This document shows positions 57,508-64,000 of a stretch of DNA of 64,000 nucleotides, one piece after another. The position numbers and the translations under genes were made by a program. This DNA is from Ginglymostoma cirratum (lineage: Eukaryota). The notes under the pieces were generated by a model. That model searched no databases, was not told where the DNA came from, and was given only the letters and a program-made list of their open reading frames with translations. The stretch is from the NCBI GenBank assembly GCA_024137785.1, contig JAHRHZ010000140.1, forward strand, positions 31,970,930-32,034,929. Reading direction: 5' to 3'. Within the stretch, counting starts at the first letter, position 1. Every line of letters starts with the position of its first letter.

Positions 57508-57850
57508 AAGGTGGAATAATGGTAATATCACTGGACTACTAATCCAGAACTCCAGGATAATGCTCTGGACATTGAATCAAACACCACCATTGTAGGTGAT
57601 GAAATTTGAATGCCAAGGAAAAAATAATCTGGAATGAAAAGCTAGTTGAATGGTGTCCATGTAACCATAATTGGTTACCATACAGGAAAGATCCATTTGG
57701 TTCACTAATGTCCTTCAAGGAAGGAGATTTGCCATCATTACCTAGTCTGGCCTACATGTGACTCCAAACCCACAGCAGTGTAGTTGACTGAAAATTGACC
57801 CCTCAGCAAATGGAGATAGATGCCTACATCCCATCAACTATTGAAAAAGA
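57508..57850 (+). mobile_element. tRNA-derived SINE with LINE-like 3' tail
   Basis: Head ggtggaataatggtaatatcactggactactaatccaga, degenerate B box, body ccatttggttcactaatgtccttcaaggaaggagatttgcc...ctggcctacatgtgactccaaacccacagca, tail cctacatcccatc...gaaaaaga. Confidence 0.7.
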
Positions 57851-58119
57851 ACATGGCCGAGATGTTCTGCTTGTCTGACAGTCATTATTCCAGTGAGGAT
57901 GGGAGTTGCACACCTTGCAGAATTCCCAATGTAGAAGGCTCCAAAGGAATTACTTGGGAAATTGAACATTCACCTGGGCAATTCCTCTGCACTTGAACCC
58001 ATCTGAAAGTTGCCATTTAAGTACAAAAATTCTGAAGGTTCTTATGAAACTAAATAAAATAGTTACTGATGAAAAGTTGGACTATTAAATACATAGAATA
58101 ATTCCTGATTAACTATTCA

Positions 58120-58640
58120 ACTGACCCCATACTTATCTCACACATTCCCAAATACATCTTTGCTAGACCACTTATACCCCCAGACCCTGTAGTACCTCCT
58201 TTCCCATTCTATACTCAGCCTCCTTTCATCAGCTGCTGAACATGCTTCCCAATTTCCCCAATGCTGGACCTGAACACTTACACTCATCCCCACTGCCTGT
58301 CCCAACACCCACTGTCCCATGCATCACTGGACCAATTTTTCTCATTCATCCCAACCCACCCAAACACAGTATCACATACCTCGCTCCCTTGTCACCTTGC
58401 ATACTGACACCACACACCCATTGCACTTCACATCTTACTGACATGGCACTCTGCCCCTATCCAACCAGTGCCCTATTCTACTGCTACCTTATTACCTGGA
58501 GACATGGCACCATATCCACCCCCAACCATACTTACTTGGCACTCAAACCCCTGCACATCTGGCATCCTGTCCCCCGGGCACACTACCCCCTACTCTACTG
58601 GCATCTGGCACTTTATCCCTTACAAACCCAGCATCCTAAC
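58120..58640. repeat. C/A-rich degenerate low-complexity repeat (recurrent tggcac / ccc motifs)
   Basis: Repeated tggcac(t/c) / tggcatc units with C-rich spacers; strong strand skew. Confidence 0.55.
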
Positions 58641-58671
58641 ATTACGCTTACATTATGTGCTTTCTGTTGAC

Positions 58672-58752
58672 GTGTTCTAACACGTAAGATCTATTAAATC
58701 AAAGCTTTCAGAGCCACATTTTTGCAAGGTTGGGAGAGTCAGTATACTGTAA
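58672..58752 (+). repeat. 81-bp exact direct repeat, copy 2
   Basis: Identical to 56718-56798; flanks unrelated. Confidence 0.95.
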
Positions 58753-60072
58753 GCCTCCATCAAAATGGCTGTCTGGACCTTACATTTTCAGAATACGGTA
58801 GCTGAATACTGTAAACAGTGGCCATGGTTTGACTTAGCCAGATAGTTCTGCATTATAAGGAAGCAGTCTGGATGGAAGTACGGCTCCATATTTCTGAATG
58901 AACCCTTAGTGGAATCTCCTCACAGATATGCAGAGCTTCATCCTTTTGTAAAAAGGAAGGAATAGAGTGGTAGTCCGTGTCACTCCCAGTGACTTCCAGT
59001 TTGTCAACTGGTGCAACTTCCAGATGAGATTAAGAAAATTTGGCCCAAGTCTGCCTTCACATTAACTTGGTGGCAATGTTTCACGACCAGTCTGGAACTA
59101 ATAGTTGATGTGCACAATTCATAGATGCAAAGAAAAGCTGGACCAAGAAAATAATTACGCATATGATTATTTACACACATGCACAGAGTTTCACTTTCCA
59201 ACTGAAAAGTTCTCAATGTTTTAAGAGCAAAGATAACAGCATGCGCCTTTTCAAATTGGATCAATGAACCATTGTTTGAATGCTGTGTGACGCTCACTGG
59301 AGTTAAACATAAACTGACATCAACTTTCATCATCTGTTTTTGTTTCTTTTCCACTGTCTCTTCAACTGGTCTTTTTAAAAAAAATGTTTTTCCCTTCTTT
59401 TATTGATCCATTATACCACACAGATTTTCAAATTGCAAGTTCTTTAACACATTAACTCCCTTTCTGTGACCTTGATATCTCCCACTTAGCCCTTTATGTT
59501 CTCCATTTAAAATATATGCTTTCTCAAAAAATGTGTTTATTGCTGGGAACCACGTGAAATGTGTCTTGTAACTGGACCAAAACCTAAATACATTATTCTG
59601 AGGCTTGCTTGGAATTCTATGATAGGGTTCATTGCATAAACCTGAAGAGGAACCTTGGAAATATGTTTGACTTTGATGCACTAAGTTCCAAGGCAAGAGT
59701 GTGACATTAGAGAAGCTAACAACCCACAGTATTGTTGTGAAGTCAGAAGTAATAACTGCATACCTGGGAAACCTAAGCAGGCATGAGCAGCACACCCTGC
59801 AACTAATTGGTTACCAATTTCGTGAAATGGGCCTGAGGATCTTCAGTAACCCTTTCAAGTTGATTAACTCTTGTGCAGGTTGAACCCTGGACATCTGAAA
59901 TTCAGTGACTTCTTGTTTGGTAACTGGTGCATCTTCCTGGCAAGATTGGACATTTCAGATTACACTCAGAAATTGCACTCCCAATCTAATTTTATACTAC
60001 TTCCCAAAACAAAATCCAAATATGTTGGAGGCCAATTTCTCCCCTTTATCTCTTGGTCTTCAATCTAAGGAG

Positions 60073-60210
60073 AGTTACATCCAAAACAAAGTTACATCCA
60101 AAACAAAAAAGACCATTCTTTTTTGTTTTACATATGATGTCTGATCTACTGTGTATTTCCAACATTTTTGGAGATTAGTTTCAAATTTCCAATATTTACA
60201 GTTTTCCCTT
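60073..60210 (+). mobile_element. Highly decayed Penelope-like terminus with internal 17-bp tandem duplication
   Basis: (agttacatccaaaacaa)x2 at 60073-60106, then gatgtctgatctactgtgtatttccaacattttt...tttcaaatttccaatatttacagtttt resembling the tails at 5358-5430 and 28261-28320. Confidence 0.4.
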
Positions 60211-63200
60211 TTTATTGTTCCCTGGCTGGCATGTTTTCTCACTACAAAATGGAAACAGCTTTGCATAACCATCAAATAAAACACAATGTTAATTTTAATA
60301 TTAAACAGGAACATATGTTTCACCCATTGCATTGCTGACATGATTCTTTAAAAGAAAGAAATTGGTAAATTAATTTCAGATGTTTCGGGAATGACATTAC
60401 TTCACAATATTAAAATTCAGCTGTAGTTTGATGAGTTTTGGATTAACGTGCTAACAATCGGCAAATCGATGTTGGTCAGCAAATTACTTTATCAAGGATG
60501 CATTAAAACCACTTTGTCTTAATATTGTTAAGAGTGCCTGACATTTGTAATAACCCACAACATATTTCTTTCAGGATAGTTTCCAAGACAATGGTGAATT
60601 GAATTGTTGGATTATCTTACTGTATTTTCAATTTATTTAATACAAGTAACTTTTCAATTCAAGCACCATCTTAAATTGGAACTGTGCTGCTGTTCCTTCA
60701 CTGTCAATGAGCAATGTACTGGAATTTCTTCAATACCACTTCCTCAAGGACAAGTAGCGATGAGCAATAAATGCTCTCAACTCATGAAAAAAAAGTTAAG
60801 TAAACCAAAGTTATTACTTCTAAAATGTAATTTTATAGTATTGATGTTCTGAATATCCCCAGTTTTTGTTCCAACTACGTGTCAGTGTTATAATTTTGAA
60901 AATCGACAAAGCTGCATATGTCTTTCATTGCTATATTTCAAACATTCCCTAAAGCCAATTAGTTTCCTTTATTAAATGAATGAAAACGTTGTAAAGAGTA
61001 TTCAATAATATATTAAGGACATAATTCTTTCTAAGACACAGTGATTGTATGCAAATAAATAACTTCTTTATTATTAATTTATAATATTTATATTATCACC
61101 AAAGTAGCAGTGACTATAATGTTTTCTTCAGCAAATTGTTGTATAATATTTGGTGTGTAACTAAGACTTTTCTTGCAATGTTATCTACTATCTTAATTAA
61201 AGTGGGTTAAATTTACAGAAACTTCCTTTCATACTGGTCCATACGTGCTGCTTCTCTCATCTGACAAAGATCACACAGTTGAATCTGATAGTGAGTAATA
61301 ATTTATAGCAGTTAGTTGGAAAAACAGAGTTTATTAATCAAGGTCTTTTATTTCTCTGGACAAAAGAAACAAAAAATTCCAATATTTGGAAGGGAGTGAC
61401 TTTTCACTCAGGAGGTGTTAGGTCAATGAGGGGACCATTACATCGTATGCGCAAAGCTGTTGGGCAAATGACCAAGTGAATTGCATTATTCCCATAGCTG
61501 TTACATGAATGGGTTCTCCCTTTTATTTCCTCTACTATTAGGACTCCTGAGAAATACCGCTTACCTAGCAACTAAATAAATAGCACAATTTTTGTCAAGT
61601 ATTTGAAACATTGTAATGAATATTAAGTTTTGCTGGGTGGGGAGTTTTCTACTTTAGCATTTAATAATTTAAGTGTGGAGAAATATTGAAATATCAACTA
61701 AACTAAATACACTACTTAGCAAGAATTTAAAACAAACTGCAATATCTTCTGGCATTTCCACTTTATTTCAATTCTCAACGATAGACGACTAAAAATATGT
61801 GGTTTGTATAGATTAGGTAATTGGGTAAAATTAAATTCACATGGCTCCCTGATGGTTGGATAAATTGGTTCCAAAAGTTTAATTGTAACTAGTTTTTAAT
61901 TGGCAAATAACTTACAGATTATTGTACTTGATAAAAAGAAGCAAAATCACATGCAAAGTGAAAGCACGTCACTTAAATTCTGCGAGACTGCCATCTACTG
62001 GAATTTAGTTTGAAACTGTTAACATTTCTATTGCTGAAACATAAAGTGACACCTCGGCACCAAGTCTCAATATATGCAGCGCAATGAACTTGGCACGATA
62101 TTTGTTGAAGTCAAACATGGTAAGAGACAACATCTACCTTTTGTGCAATAACTCCTCAGATTCAAATCCGTGGCTTGGGAACAATTAAGCTCAGAGCAAC
62201 ATAAAACTCAATGTTATCATGCAAGGTAATTCAATGGAAATGATTACATTGTGTAAGGTCATGTATTAAGATGTTTATTAACAAGTGAAAATAACATCAG
62301 GCCTGGTGTGCCCTGCTTCTGTGGATCACATTCCCTTTTGTTCCTTACTGTCAGCAAAGTCAGAAAAATCATTTTCATGCAATTTTTTTTCAATACGATT
62401 TCCCATTTTGGACGACAGTTCTTTTTCTGGTTTTTGTTGAAATGTTTTTCCTATCTGTTTTTATCTCCTTGACCGTTATCGCTGTCCCTGCCTGTGGGCG
62501 CTAATTTTTGCAGCGAGCCCATTACTTTATTTGTATGGCTTTTCTTGAGTGAGCTCGGAATATGGGTCTGAATATTTTTAGCCCTTTTTGGCTCACTCCC
62601 TCTGTAATTCCAGTGAGAGTGGACCACAAGAATCACAAATTAAGTTATAATCTGGATACATGAGATGCAGGCCTTAACTCAGGGACCCAGATGGGGCCTT
62701 TAAGGATTGGTGACATCCAATGATAAGAGATTCCATATCTCTGGCATCAGAATGCATTGTTGGCCACCTGGGGGGATTCATTTACTGAATGGCAGTATTA
62801 GAACCCAGAATGGGTGAGGTGTAGAAATCTATCATTAACCCTAAATTTTTAAGGTATACAGAGTAAACTGGCCCCCTTTCAGTACGCAACACAGGGTATT
62901 ACTTTATTCTTTATCTTCCTCCGTATTTCCCCAACCCTGTTTAATATAAAGCTTCTGAATCTAAGTAGTACTCAAGATGTGACCCTGGTAGCGTAAGGAC
63001 TTATGAGCAATGTTCCAATGCAGCTGAGTGTCGTCTCCTGAATATTTACGCACATAGTGCAGCAAAGACCCCACAAATTACTGCCTGCGCATGGCCACAA
63101 AACAATTTAAATGGCCTGTTAATGAAAACTGAAATGAATTACTCACAGCTCCAAAAAGCAAAATTGAGATGCATAGATCACTAGGACTATGTTCACATCT

Positions 63201-63333
63201 CTTAATGATAAAACAAACTGGGTCAGCAATACCCAGAAAATGAAAGGTCAAAAGGAAGGAGTGTTCATTTGGTGATTTGATTTCATGAGTCTGTTCAACA
63301 TTGAATACTCACAGCATATGATTCTTCAAGCCT

Positions 63334-63416
63334 AGAAAATCTGTTAGATATCACCTTGCTCTACTAGTGGTGGGAAACAACACTAGCGGAGCAAGGTGAT
63401 ATCTAACAGATTTTCT
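63334..63416. repeat. Inverted repeat: 28-bp perfect stem plus inner 6-bp stem
   Basis: agaaaatctgttagatatcaccttgctc (63334-63361) is the exact reverse complement of gagcaaggtgatatctaacagattttct (63389-63416). Confidence 0.95.
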
Positions 63417-63559
63417 TATTCACGAACATGTGTTTCAGTACCACAGAATTTCTCTATGGACTAAGTTCATTAGCTAATGCATTCCAGAAGATTGTTCCAT
63501 CACGTTTTGTTAGACTTTGAGGGCACAGTCAGATTTCCTTGACGACTTAGTTGTCCATG

Positions 63560-64000
63560 GAAAGGACAAAGCAGAACATGATCAACAACTATCAAGTGTT
63601 CACTCAAATTGTACAGCATAATTTGATGCTCAATTGGAGAATTGTCCATTTGCAGTACGTGAGATTGACTTCCAAGAGTATAGCATGACAGCAGCTGGAG
63701 TAAAGTGTACACACAACTATGTTAAAGCCATTCATGCACGTGTAACCCTGTCTGATGTGAAAGAGTAGGCATCACTCCTTAGTACTACCAACCTTCATCA
63801 CAAATTTGTTCCTAAGTATGAGGAAAGCATGGTGCCTTTTCAAAAATCACTACAGAAGGAGACATAATCGATAAGGGGAATTGTTTAGTAAATAGCATTT
63901 GACAGGTTAAAGACAAAGATAGCATCTCCACCAGTCTTTGTGGAAACTTATGTCAAAACAGATGCTGCTGGACATGCAATAGGAGCTATTTTCTCACAAT
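63560..64000 (+). mobile_element. Decayed Gypsy/Ty3 LTR-retrotransposon pol fragment (RT connection / RNase H start)
   Basis: Translation remnants SLLSTTNLHHKFVPKYEESMVPFQKSLQK (resembles SFLG..NYY.KF.P.Y.....PL..LL.K) and AFDRLKTKIASPPVFVETYVKTDAAGHAIGAIFSQ (resembles AF..LK..L...PVL...TDAS..G.GAVLSQ). Left boundary uncertain; may extend to ~63.0 kb. Confidence 0.75.

Noticed and set aside
58242-58670. 142-aa Pro/His/Thr-rich ORF
   Set aside because: Product of C/A-rich low-complexity repeat lacking stop codons.

Overview
Vertebrate genomic DNA, AT-rich, with five assembly gaps. The repeat content (HE1/V-SINE-type SINEs, CR1/L2 LINE remnants, Penelope-type terminal repeats) points to a cartilaginous fish, probably a shark; this is inference. 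The only protein-coding gene I can support is the 5' half of the COE-family transcription factor EBF3 on the minus strand. Its six coding exons (134/157/64/56/74/69 bp, all GT-AG, 46343->40067) encode residues 1-184 of the DNA-binding domain, including the HCCC zinc knuckle. Positions 1-40066 are the long intron 6; exon 7 was not found. About 41.7-55.5 kb is a CpG-retaining, nearly transposon-free domain around the promoter with several enhancer-like blocks. The right end holds SINEs, an exact 81-bp dispersed duplication, a 28-bp perfect hairpin and a decayed Gypsy pol fragment. The most unusual signals are short Penelope-like insertions with inverted termini and target-site duplications, and a relic of the same family keeping a degenerate minimal hammerhead ribozyme core. 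I found no support for a wholly new multi-gene system, and almost all ORFs in the supplied track are spurious.
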